Origin: Escherichia phage vB_EcoS_HZ_ZJUN2
Reading direction: 5' to 3' (one strand)
Length of the DNA: 64,000 nucleotides
Sequence record: PP216084
The first letter of the stretch is position 1, and each line of letters begins with the position of its first letter. Under the pieces are notes generated by a model. The model saw only the letters and a list, made by a program, of their open reading frames with translations. It did no database searches and was not told the DNA's origin. Positions 47,287 through 56,437 of the stretch are shown here, in pieces. The translations under genes were made by a program, and so were the position numbers.

Positions 47287-49846
47287 CGAGAATCCTTCTC
47301 ACGTTATCCAAATCTTTACATACAGCAATAAACTTATCATCCTTGTATTTGCTATGATCTGGATGCTCTTTATCCATTGCAGCTAGTTTCTTATACTCGA
47401 ACTCTGCATCAAGTAATACACCCTTGACATAACGAGTATATTCATCATCATCAATACAAGCGATTGATGGATGCTGCTTCTTCATCTTACCACAAGAGTA
47501 GTCACGAGAACCTCCAGCTTCAGAATCAGAATCAATACCAATCGGACAACCAGGAATACTGATACCACGATCTTTCTGAATATTACGAATCAGGATTTCA
47601 TTGTATTGATCGATCAAATCCTCACGAACAATAGCAACTACGGAGTCATGAACCAGCATAACAATCTTCATCTCTTGTTCTAGACCAAGAGAAATGATCT
47701 CATTATCTGCATCTACAGCACCTAAAAGGAGACTATCAGAAGAAGCAGACTGAATGATTGCGTTAAATCCAGAACGGATTTCTTCACCCTGAACACCACG
47801 GTCTTCGGAGTGGATATTATGCAGACGACGTTTACGACCAAAGTGACTATAGATAAATCCATGATTCTTGATCTGATCGTGGCACTTATCAATCCAACGC
47901 TTAAGCTGTGGGAACTGACCGAAGTAAGTTTCAATGTACTCTTTAGCATCTGCAACAGTACATTCTACAAACGGTTCGCCTGTCTTAGCAGCTTGTTCCA
48001 AAAGAGCCTCATTAACAGAATGAGCTACTTTAGCCGGGCCAGAACCATACAAAATACCAAAGGTGATTGCTTTAGCTGCTTGACGCAGGGCTGGGAATAA
48101 CTTTTTAACATCACGAGGTTCGCATTGGAGCTTAAATACCATGTGTGCGATGTTAGAGTGGAAGTCAGGGTATTTATCTGGTTCATTTCTCATGTTGATA
48201 AATACTTGTTGCATATTTCTATCACCAGATAGAACAGCAGCATAATAAACTTCCGCAGTTGTTAAGTCCCATGCAATTACACGATACCCAGGAGGAGCTA
48301 CTACACAACCCTTGATAATAGATTCATCACGAGGTAACTGTTGCAGGTTCAGTTTACCAGAAGAACTCAGGCGACCAGAAGTAGTCATATGCTCATGGAA
48401 GCCAGTACGAATGCAACCATCAGCATCAATGCTCAGAAGAATCTTCTCAACGTAAGTAGAGATCAGCTTAGTCAGCTTACGAATCTCTAGTAGGGTCTTA
48501 GCAATTGGATGTTGCGTAGACAATTCGTTCAGAGCTTCTGCATCTGTAGAGTCTGCTCCAGTATCAGTCAATTTACCTGTTGGAGTTAAGCCAACATAAT
48601 CAAACAGAAGAACACGGAGTTGTTTAACAGAGTTTGGGTTAAACGCTTCGTTCTGATCTTTCTCTAGCTGAACGACTTCTGGATAAGTATACAGCTTTTC
48701 ACGAGCTTTATTCAGATTATGAGTTAACTGGTACTGTGCTTCTTTCAAGCGATCAATAGAAATTGGTACACCACGATCCTCAACACGCTGGAGAAATACA
48801 CAACCAGGCATTAGAACATCGTAATATAGACTGCAAAGTTTTTCATTCTTCTCAATTTTTGGTAAGAAGAAATTGTGCAAACGTAGGGTGGCATCAGTAT
48901 CTTTCGCAGCGTAAGGCCACATAATATCAAACGGAATTAAATCATAGGTGAAATCTTCTTTCTTGATTTTATGTGCTTTGCAGTAATCCTCCTTGAACTT
49001 ATCTAGTTCAAAGTCATAGTCACCCATATCGGTATACTTCATTGCTAGAGATTTCAAGCCATGAGTACCACGACGCTCATCTAGAGCATAATGCTGCAAC
49101 ATTGTATCATGGAGCCTGCGTTCTTTATGTGCTTTATCAAAAGCAAGTCCCAGATGGTACTTATAAAAGTGCATATCAAACTTCAAGTTGTGAAAAACAA
49201 TAGTGTGGTTTTCACTATCCAGAATTTTCTGGAGATAATATACTGCAACCTCTGTGAGACAATCAGAATCGATATACACACCCTGATACTCTTGGTGAGA
49301 CATAGAAACACCAAGCAGATAACCATCTCGACAGTATAGTGCTGAGGTTTCGGAGTCGAATGCGACAGGTCCGATAACCATATTATACACCATCTTGATA
49401 TATTCTTCCGCCTCGTCAGGGTCAGTAATAGGACGGTAATCACCAGCTTTTGCAATCTTCTCACGACCATTGATAATATCGTGGATATTTTCTACTGTTG
49501 CATCGAAAACTGGTTTCATTTCAGGCTTAAAGTGTAACTGGGCTGGGCTGATACTCGCAATCCAGTTAGCATATCCATTATACTCTACACGTTTACCAGT
49601 ATAGTCACCAATGCCTTTCTTACCTGCGAAATACAGGAAAGGTTCAGCACCTACTAGTATAACAAAATCGTAATCATTCGGATCAAATGGGTTTTCTGGT
49701 GTTCCAATAGTAATGTGCTTTTTAAGCAAACGACCGGATAACCTCTCGTTACACATATGGAATACATCAACTTCCTCGCCGTATAGCTGGAAATGTTTAT
49801 CGTAACGAGTGTTATTTAGAGCTTTATCAACTACTGCGATTTTCAA
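47279..49846 (-). CDS. DNA polymerase, family A, 855 aa, with 3'-5' exonuclease domain
   Basis: Pol A motif B RQAAKAITFGILYG, motif C LVHDSV; exo motif FHNLKFDMHF; apparent TTG start after AAGAGGAGA RBS. Confidence 0.9.
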   Translation of the reverse strand: MKIAVVDKALNNTRYDKHFQLYGEEVDVFHMCNERLSGRLLKKHITIGTPENPFDPNDYDFVILVGAEPFLYFAGKKGIGDYTGKRVEYNGYANWIASISPAQLHFKPEMKPVFDATVENIHDIINGREKIAKAGDYRPITDPDEAEEYIKMVYNMVIGPVAFDSETSALYCRDGYLLGVSMSHQEYQGVYIDSDCLTEVAVYYLQKILDSENHTIVFHNLKFDMHFYKYHLGLAFDKAHKERRLHDTMLQHYALDERRGTHGLKSLAMKYTDMGDYDFELDKFKEDYCKAHKIKKEDFTYDLIPFDIMWPYAAKDTDATLRLHNFFLPKIEKNEKLCSLYYDVLMPGCVFLQRVEDRGVPISIDRLKEAQYQLTHNLNKAREKLYTYPEVVQLEKDQNEAFNPNSVKQLRVLLFDYVGLTPTGKLTDTGADSTDAEALNELSTQHPIAKTLLEIRKLTKLISTYVEKILLSIDADGCIRTGFHEHMTTSGRLSSSGKLNLQQLPRDESIIKGCVVAPPGYRVIAWDLTTAEVYYAAVLSGDRNMQQVFINMRNEPDKYPDFHSNIAHMVFKLQCEPRDVKKLFPALRQAAKAITFGILYGSGPAKVAHSVNEALLEQAAKTGEPFVECTVADAKEYIETYFGQFPQLKRWIDKCHDQIKNHGFIYSHFGRKRRLHNIHSEDRGVQGEEIRSGFNAIIQSASSDSLLLGAVDADNEIISLGLEQEMKIVMLVHDSVVAIVREDLIDQYNEILIRNIQKDRGISIPGCPIGIDSDSEAGGSRDYSCGKMKKQHPSIACIDDDEYTRYVKGVLLDAEFEYKKLAAMDKEHPDHSKYKDDKFIAVCKDLDNVRRILGA

Positions 49847-49907
49847 ATTTAATCTCCTCTTGGTAAGTAAGTATAACTTCAGTGTTTCTTCTCTAACTTA
49901 CCAATAT

Positions 49908-49937
49908 ATTATACCAAATCTTTAAGCGATTCAGCAA
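49908..49937 (-). promoter_or_regulatory. T5-type early promoter (TTGCTG-18-TATAAT) overlapping primase stop codon
   Basis: Reverse complement; drives DNA polymerase gene. Confidence 0.5.
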
Positions 49938-50799
49938 CTAAAATTTCAATACGTTTTGCTAACATATCAATTTCATCTTTGTTTAAATCACCAGGATCTT
50001 TGCCTTCGGGCAGAAGAAAGTTAGCAACTACAGGTGTTAAACGCGTTTTTGTACGAATTAGCTTGGCCAACGCTTGTGCAGCTTTATTACCCGAAGCATC
50101 ATTATCTAGTAAGATAACAACAACTTTTACACCAGCAATAATATAAGGACTGAACTTATCTGCAATGTTATCTGAAGTGAACTGATGTGTACCAAAGCAG
50201 CAAGAAGCATAGTCTATACCGTTATCCTCTAGGTTCAGCATATCAAAGATACCTTCAACTAGAATAAGAACTGGAGTATTATATCGTACAGGGAAAATCG
50301 GTGGTGAAACTTGTTTTGGTTTTACTAAGTATTTAGGAGGGGCAGAACTGTTTATAGAACGACCCAAAAATAGGATATTGCGTCCAACAGCATCTGTGAT
50401 TGGGAATACAATTCTGCCTTCCCAGTCTGCTTGATGTTGGAAAGCAAAATATTTCTTCAAGGTCTTAGAACTTATACCTCGGAAATCACCTTCGAAAAGG
50501 TAAGCAGATTCAGGAATTGCAAGATTCGTTGATCCATTCCTAATCTCTGAAATCTTTTTACGTACCTGTGATAGTCTTGGAGACTGTCGGTACTGAGTCT
50601 CATTAAAATAATGGTAAATGCTCGGTATACCTTTACCGAAGCCACAACTCAAGCAGTGCATAATACCTGTTTCAGGATCAATACGCAAACTTGGGTGTTT
50701 ATCGTCATGATCTGGATTGAGACAACATATAAGAATATCACCACCTGTATCTTTATACTCAATGCCTTTCAGATCAAGTAGTTCTGTTATTCTACTCAT
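49909..50799 (-). CDS. DNA primase, 296 aa (zinc-binding N-terminus plus TOPRIM)
   Basis: CCLNPDHDDKH...HCLSCG zinc motif; TOPRIM EGIFD and LLDNDASG. Confidence 0.75.
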   Translation of the reverse strand: MSRITELLDLKGIEYKDTGGDILICCLNPDHDDKHPSLRIDPETGIMHCLSCGFGKGIPSIYHYFNETQYRQSPRLSQVRKKISEIRNGSTNLAIPESAYLFEGDFRGISSKTLKKYFAFQHQADWEGRIVFPITDAVGRNILFLGRSINSSAPPKYLVKPKQVSPPIFPVRYNTPVLILVEGIFDMLNLEDNGIDYASCCFGTHQFTSDNIADKFSPYIIAGVKVVVILLDNDASGNKAAQALAKLIRTKTRLTPVVANFLLPEGKDPGDLNKDEIDMLAKRIEILVAESLKDLV

Positions 50800-51329
50800 G
50801 AGTTTAGCTCCTCTAGTGCAGGATAATTAGATATATCAAAAATCTCTATAACAGCACGTTCTCCATGTAGATTAGTTCTCAGTATATTTGCTGAGTTTAC
50901 AGCTAATTCTAACTCTTCATACTTAAATCTGCCACCATTTTTAAGGTTGCCATTAGAGTCTCTTACCTGTACCCTCCATTTTTGTTTTTCAATATCCCAA
51001 GCAACTCCTAAGTACCCAGATTTACTACATGCTGTTTTATTTCTACTATTTTCCTGGGCTGTAGCATCTCTTAGATTACACCACCTATTATCAAAGGGTA
51101 TTCTGTTTACATGGTCTACTTTTTCAGGCAGTGTATTCTCCATAAATAGAAAAGCCATACGATGAGCTTTGTAATCCTTTCCATCTATGCCAATAATTAT
51201 ATAGTCATTAGAGTCTTTTCTAGTTACTATACTCCCAGCTTTCTGATTGCCTCTAGATACTTTTCTAGTAAACTCCCCAGTTTCTGGGGAGTAATCAAAT
51301 AACTCTTTTAGCCTTTCCTGTGTTATCAT
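50796..51329 (-). CDS. HNH homing endonuclease with AP2 domain, 177 aa
   Basis: HNH_3-like DHVNRIPFDNRWCNL and AP2-like YLGVAWDIEKQKWRVQV; inserted between helicase and primase. Confidence 0.65.
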   Translation of the reverse strand: MITQERLKELFDYSPETGEFTRKVSRGNQKAGSIVTRKDSNDYIIIGIDGKDYKAHRMAFLFMENTLPEKVDHVNRIPFDNRWCNLRDATAQENSRNKTACSKSGYLGVAWDIEKQKWRVQVRDSNGNLKNGGRFKYEELELAVNSANILRTNLHGERAVIEIFDISNYPALEELNS

Positions 51330-52849
51330 ATATCGCTGGCCTGTTCACCTGTTGAATTTTCAGCTTTGTCTTTCTTAGCACGTTTAGGTTGAGCCGGCTT
51401 ATCCTTCTCAATAGGGATAACGAACTCAGCTTCCATTTGAGATATATCTTCCATTGCTAGGTTGGTAGTGTTATCCATTCGCAGAGTTTCCCAGTTCATT
51501 TTAGGCATAAACTTCACGCTATCAGAAGAACGAGTCTTAACGAAGTCAAACATAATAGCACCTTGACCATTATCAGCTTTTGCAGCATTAAGATTAGCAG
51601 CCATGTCTGCGGAATCAAGAATCCCCTTTGACATACGTGTTCTACCATCTTGATCGATCTGGTAAGGAGCTACACCAGCCACGTTATGTTTCTGGCAGAT
51701 AGATTTGAAAGACGAGCTAACAACCATCTGTTCTTTCCAGTCATACATATCAATGGTTTTAGAGTCTGGAAGTCGGGTTTGGTTAATATAGTCCAGTAAG
51801 GCTACTGTAACTTTATCTCCATATCTAGCAACTAATTTATTTAGTTCTACGTCAACTGTTGTAATAGACAGCTCAGGGTCATAAACAATAATCATAGGAG
51901 TATGTAGTTCATACCCTTCTATTAGCTTACTCTCCATATCGTAGAAATCACTCATCTTAGCCATTGTGTATTGTTTAACGAAGTTATCAAAAAGCTCTTC
52001 ACCACCATTAAACATTCTAGCTCTAGTTCTGGCTAATCTCAACAGAGCTGCACCTTCTAGAGTATTATTACGCATTGCTAGTGCTGATACACCTGCTAAC
52101 ATGGCTAGATTACGTCTAAATACTTCATGTTCTTTCATCTCAATTGAGAAGTATGGAGCAATATCTCCATTCAAATATTGCTGAACCTGTATGTTTGAAC
52201 AGATAATGGATTTACCAGTACCACGCCAACCACCAAGCAGTAACGTTTCTGTGCGAGCTAAACCAATTTGAGCGTCGAACTCATTACAAATACCAAGAGC
52301 GATTAAGTTCAGTTTGGTATCTTCTTCTCTCTGGAAAATACGCATGTTATCTGCGTTGAATACTTTTCCAGTATTCGTTACTTTCTCTTCTAATTTTAAG
52401 TGAAGGGAGGCAACTCGGTTGAGAATTTCTCCCTGATCCAGCATTGTTAAATCTTGAAGCACGTCTGTTTCTAGAAGCTTCAGGAATAGATCCTGCGTAT
52501 ATTCGGCTTCTAGGACTTCAAGTGCCTGTTCCATGCTCACTTCTGGAATTTGAGTGTTAGCTAAGACGACTAGAGCTTGAGAAAGGCGGGCGTTCCTATT
52601 AGCTTCAAGCATAAGTGCGTCAATGGACGGCATTGTGTTATATTTTTTATAATAATTCTGGACGGCTTGGTAAATTGAGGAGAAAGCGTCATTAAAATGA
52701 TCTTTATGCAGTTTTGAGAATGTTTCCAATGCTATTTGCTTCTGTTCTGAAGCAAGAAGCATCTTCAACACTACAGCTTGCACGTTAAACAAGGTCATTC
52801 TCCTTTGCACGCTTTCGTGCCTTCTAAATGCAAAAAGGGGAAGGAGCAT
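51326..52849 (-). CDS. Replicative DNA helicase, DnaB-like, 507 aa
   Basis: RecA-like core with Walker A GGWRGTGKS; true start possibly at internal Met18. Confidence 0.75.
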   Translation of the reverse strand: MLLPLFAFRRHESVQRRMTLFNVQAVVLKMLLASEQKQIALETFSKLHKDHFNDAFSSIYQAVQNYYKKYNTMPSIDALMLEANRNARLSQALVVLANTQIPEVSMEQALEVLEAEYTQDLFLKLLETDVLQDLTMLDQGEILNRVASLHLKLEEKVTNTGKVFNADNMRIFQREEDTKLNLIALGICNEFDAQIGLARTETLLLGGWRGTGKSIICSNIQVQQYLNGDIAPYFSIEMKEHEVFRRNLAMLAGVSALAMRNNTLEGAALLRLARTRARMFNGGEELFDNFVKQYTMAKMSDFYDMESKLIEGYELHTPMIIVYDPELSITTVDVELNKLVARYGDKVTVALLDYINQTRLPDSKTIDMYDWKEQMVVSSSFKSICQKHNVAGVAPYQIDQDGRTRMSKGILDSADMAANLNAAKADNGQGAIMFDFVKTRSSDSVKFMPKMNWETLRMDNTTNLAMEDISQMEAEFVIPIEKDKPAQPKRAKKDKAENSTGEQASDI

Positions 52850-52861
52850 AGCCCCCTCCCC
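52832..52861 (-). terminator. Imperfect GC hairpin plus U5 run, terminator candidate
   Basis: gggga-agg...cc-tcccc stem at 52837-52861 with A5 at 52832-52836 on plus strand. Confidence 0.4.
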
Positions 52862-52880
52862 TTAGGTTTAATTTACCAGA

Positions 52881-53648
52881 TTATTCAGCAGCCGCAGCTT
52901 TTGCATCCAGTTTAGCACGCTTAGCGGCACCATCATAGTCCTTAGCAACCAGACCACGACGAGACAGCATAGATTTAACACCACGCTCAGACTTACCAGT
53001 TTTCTCAGCGATCTCAGCAACAGTCATGTTAACCAGATCCAGACCTTCTAACAGATCTTCACGAGTTTTAGCACTTGAAGTTTCCTGTACCGGCATAGCA
53101 GCGATACGACCTTCACGAAGCAGGCTCAGAGCTTTACCACGGATCTGCTTAATATTGCGACCGAAGTGAGCAGCGATAGCTTCAATAGTAGCACCAGCAA
53201 CAACCTGATTAACAAAATCAGTTTCTTCATCCGGAGTGAAGGAACGAACAGCGGCAGCTTTTTCGGTTGGTTTAACAGAAGCGGTCATTTCCAGACTCAG
53301 GATCTTACCCTGTACCTGTTTAGCACCGAACTGACCACCAGCTACAGCAGCAGCGATTTCAGCATAGGTATACTGACCAGCATGAGCGTTCAGGAAATCA
53401 ACCAGCTCAGCTTCCTGCTCAGGAGTCCACGGGGATTTCTGTACTTCGTTAGCTTTCTGTACTTCAAAACCTTCTTTACGCAGTTTAGAGCCAACAGAGC
53501 GAGCAGTAACATCTTTGCCAGTTTCAGCAGCTAGTTCAGCAGCAATAGCAGCTACTTGTTCTTGAGAGATTACAGCAACACCCAGAGCAGTGGCTTTTGC
53601 TTTCAGAGACTCGGTTACACCTTCTACGTTCCAGTTCAGTTTAGACAT
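52881..53648 (-). CDS. Repeated-motif DNA-binding protein, 255 aa (possible D5-like)
   Basis: Four tandem copies of a ~30 aa unit of form EIAxxxGxxxxxxRxKL; size fits a ~29 kDa dsDNA-binding protein. Confidence 0.45.
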   Translation of the reverse strand: MSKLNWNVEGVTESLKAKATALGVAVISQEQVAAIAAELAAETGKDVTARSVGSKLRKEGFEVQKANEVQKSPWTPEQEAELVDFLNAHAGQYTYAEIAAAVAGGQFGAKQVQGKILSLEMTASVKPTEKAAAVRSFTPDEETDFVNQVVAGATIEAIAAHFGRNIKQIRGKALSLLREGRIAAMPVQETSSAKTREDLLEGLDLVNMTVAEIAEKTGKSERGVKSMLSRRGLVAKDYDGAAKRAKLDAKAAAAE

Positions 53649-54423
53649 TATTATTTTTCTCCAATAGTTCTTTAATCGACAGGATTTCTATCCCATTCGT
53701 TTCGGCTTTCTTATAAGATGAGGAAGAACGTTTTGATTCATCCTCACAGATTAGGTATTTGACGTCTTTGGTAACGGATTTCTTAACCGTATACCCTAGA
53801 CCTTCTAAATAGTTTGTTGCATCCGTTCTATTTGCAAAATCTTGCAAAGATCCGGTAATACATACCGCGATTCCATTTGGCTTGGCAACTAATTCATCCG
53901 TAGTGATAATATTAGCTTTAGTGCCCTTAATACCAGTTGAGAATTTCCACGGTAGTTCGATAACATCCTTGCCTTGTGGGGAATTTAGCCAGGCTTTGTA
54001 ATTTTCTCCAGCCTTGCCGTCAGCCTTCACATCATGGAAGCTAGTGCAATTTTGGGATAATTTCTTTGCTGCAACCTCTCCAATTAGAGGGATTCCTAAA
54101 GAACCGAGAACTGAACCAAAGTCAATGTCTCCGCGAACTTTAGTATTTAATTCGCTAATTAACTTAGCGGCAACCTTGCTACCCACGGCTCTAACCAAAT
54201 CTTCTTCGGTTAGGTAAAATAGTTCTGAAATCTTCGTCAGCTCCAGCTTCTCAATAGTTTTTGGGCCAAAGCCCTTTAACTTCATTTTTGAACAGAAGTT
54301 CTCAATTAACTTGCTTGATTGCGCTGGACAGTTGGACTTATTACGACAGAATAATTGTCCGTTGACAAGATCTAGCTTAGAACCACAAGAGGGACATTGT
54401 GTTGGAATTTCGATTTTCATCAA
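53641..54423 (-). CDS. ligB: NAD-dependent DNA ligase, C-terminal half (Zn finger, HhH, BRCT), 260 aa
   Basis: CPSCGS...CRNKSNC zinc finger, HhH GFGPKTIEKL, BRCT-like CITGSL...YLICED. Confidence 0.75.
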   Translation of the reverse strand: MMKIEIPTQCPSCGSKLDLVNGQLFCRNKSNCPAQSSKLIENFCSKMKLKGFGPKTIEKLELTKISELFYLTEEDLVRAVGSKVAAKLISELNTKVRGDIDFGSVLGSLGIPLIGEVAAKKLSQNCTSFHDVKADGKAGENYKAWLNSPQGKDVIELPWKFSTGIKGTKANIITTDELVAKPNGIAVCITGSLQDFANRTDATNYLEGLGYTVKKSVTKDVKYLICEDESKRSSSSYKKAETNGIEILSIKELLEKNNNV

Positions 54424-54450
54424 ATTTCTTCCTTATCAATTTATATAAAT

Positions 54451-54479
54451 ATTATAGCAAGTATTTAAGCATTTAGCAA
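54451..54479 (-). promoter_or_regulatory. T5-type early promoter (TTGCTA-17-TATAAT) in the ligase spacer
   Basis: Reverse complement; followed by leader ATTTATATAAATTGATAAGGAAG. Confidence 0.5.
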
Positions 54480-54622
54480 CTACAATTTTAATTAACTTTG
54501 CTTACCCTCGCCATAACTTTCTATCCCTCAACTGAATGATAATAGTATATACCTAAGCGGCGAAAATGTCAATAACCACTTTATAATTCCGATATGGTAG
54601 ATGGGTAGCAAAGGGTTATGTA

Positions 54623-55597
54623 TTAATCGTATACTCGCTCTACTATGCACGGGATTACACCACCAGCACGAATCACTCGAATCTGGCAACCGATCTCTAG
54701 ATCGAGAGAGTTAATATAATCAACGTTATTAAGAGTTGCTTTAACAATTGTAGCATCATCAATAATTACCGGTTCGAAATAACCAACTGGAGTTACTTTA
54801 CCAGAAGCCCCTACCTGCCATTCAACTTTAGTAAGAGTTGTAATCTCGCCTTCTTCATCCTCTTTAATGGCGAAGGCTCCACGAGGGAATTTATTAGTCC
54901 AGCCTTCACGGAAGAATTTGTTGTTGTCATTAATACGAACAACTTTACCGTCCGTCGGAATCCATTTAAAGAAGGAACGCACATTAACAACTGTTAAGAA
55001 GTTCTCATTCTCTAGCCAAAGCATATCTTTTAAGTATGCTTCTGTAATACCTACAGATTCAGCAGAACATTGGATACCATAAGCAACAAAGATTAAACCG
55101 CCTTCTCCAATGCGTTGTACGAAAGCATCACTATCTTTGAGGTTAATAGCACCAGAGGCAAAGTTACGTTTATTTTCTACTTCTTTTGTAATTAGAACTT
55201 CACCAGTGATTTGAGTAGGTACTTTTTGGGAAATCTTTTTAGGAATATTCAGCAATCTTACGTTGCTTGTGACATCATTCCCCAGAATACCATTACCACG
55301 AGTTAATGCTTGAACAAATTCACCGTTAATATATAATAGAGAAATTGCACAACCATCTAACTTATCAGTTTCTACCTGACCTAAAGGATTAAATGGTGGT
55401 TTATCCCCACGATTATAATAAACTTTCTGTAAAGAATACATACGGTACAGATGTGGAATATCTCCCTTAGGCCCGATCTCTTCTTCTAGTGGGAAGCGTT
55501 TTACCAGGCAATCATACTCCTCATCAGAGATTAAAGACATGCCTTGATAATATGCTTCTTGACAACGCTTAATAAAGCCTCTTACATTATTCATCAT
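54623..55597 (-). CDS. ligA: NAD-dependent DNA ligase, N-terminal adenylation and OB half, 324 aa
   Basis: Adenylation motif KLDG (TDKLDGCAIS), NAD-ligase domain order; separate ORF from the C-terminal half. Confidence 0.8.
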   Translation of the reverse strand: MMNNVRGFIKRCQEAYYQGMSLISDEEYDCLVKRFPLEEEIGPKGDIPHLYRMYSLQKVYYNRGDKPPFNPLGQVETDKLDGCAISLLYINGEFVQALTRGNGILGNDVTSNVRLLNIPKKISQKVPTQITGEVLITKEVENKRNFASGAINLKDSDAFVQRIGEGGLIFVAYGIQCSAESVGITEAYLKDMLWLENENFLTVVNVRSFFKWIPTDGKVVRINDNNKFFREGWTNKFPRGAFAIKEDEEGEITTLTKVEWQVGASGKVTPVGYFEPVIIDDATIVKATLNNVDYINSLDLEIGCQIRVIRAGGVIPCIVERVYD

Positions 55598-55787
55598 CGG
55601 CGATTTCCATCTTGAGTTCTTTATTATATTGTGTAACCATGTCCATCAAATCAGCAGATTCTTTCAGAAACGCATCTTTGTACACCTTTTGATTTACTGT
55701 GCCTATGCTATCTTGATAATTAATACGTGCTGTGGAAAGTAGATTAAGTTTTGCTTGAATCTTGGGAAGTGTTACTGTCATTGCCAT
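55587..55787 (-). CDS. Hypothetical protein, 66 aa
   Basis: ORF in track, start overlapping ligase gene. Confidence 0.4.
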   Translation of the reverse strand: MAMTVTLPKIQAKLNLLSTARINYQDSIGTVNQKVYKDAFLKESADLMDMVTQYNKELKMEIADDE

Positions 55788-56060
55788 TCACCGTACCTCA
55801 TATGCTTTAGGCTGTCTAGTGGATCCGTGCCATGTATAATTTTTGCAAAGATGCAAATATGTAGTTTTTACTAGCCTATCCGATAATGGAGAGTATATTT
55901 CAGCTATTAATACTTCTTTTTCGTAATAAAGTGAAATCAGTTTATACCCAGTTCTAGTTTTAGTATACTTTTCCCCATTAATCTTTTCCTCCCACATGAG
56001 TATGAGAGGCTGTCCGATATATGGAAAAGGTTTAAGTGTACTTATATTTATCTTTTTCAC
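55788..56060 (-). CDS. Hypothetical protein, 90 aa
   Basis: GTG start; downstream of promoter 56091-56119. Confidence 0.45.
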   Translation of the reverse strand: MKKINISTLKPFPYIGQPLILMWEEKINGEKYTKTRTGYKLISLYYEKEVLIAEIYSPLSDRLVKTTYLHLCKNYTWHGSTRQPKAYEVR

Positions 56061-56090
56061 TTTGCAACCCTCTCATTAATTTATATAAAT

Positions 56091-56119
56091 ATTATATAAC
56101 AAAACTGAGTTGAAAGCAA
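56091..56119 (-). promoter_or_regulatory. T5-type early promoter (TTGCTT-17-TATAAT)
   Basis: Reverse complement; conserved leader ATTTATATAAATTAATGAGAGGG. Confidence 0.5.
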
Positions 56120-56125
56120 ATACAT

Positions 56126-56437
56126 TTATTCTTTTTCCGCCAGGCGTTTAGCTTCTTTTTCTACTTCTAATAAAACCTCACTATTAGATAATATTTTAGT
56201 AAATGCCTTAAATAAATGAGATGTTGTTTCTAGAGTGTATGGCATACTGAATCCACTTTTTGTTGGAAACCATTCACCTTCTATATCTTGGAGCCAGTAC
56301 CTAATTCCTAAGTATAGATTCCCCCTAAACTCAGATACAGTTAGCCTAACCTGTTGGCCATCTTCTCTCTCCCAGATAACTATGGACTGATCATCTACAT
56401 GTCCAACATAATCCTGATTTACATTATCTCCTGACAT
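56126..56437 (-). CDS. PC4/Sub1-like ssDNA-binding protein, 103 aa
   Basis: VSEFRGNLYLGIRYW...GEWFPTKSGFSM resembles the PC4 core VxxFRGKxYxDIREYW...PGKKGISL. Confidence 0.55.
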   Translation of the reverse strand: MSGDNVNQDYVGHVDDQSIVIWEREDGQQVRLTVSEFRGNLYLGIRYWLQDIEGEWFPTKSGFSMPYTLETTSHLFKAFTKILSNSEVLLEVEKEAKRLAEKE

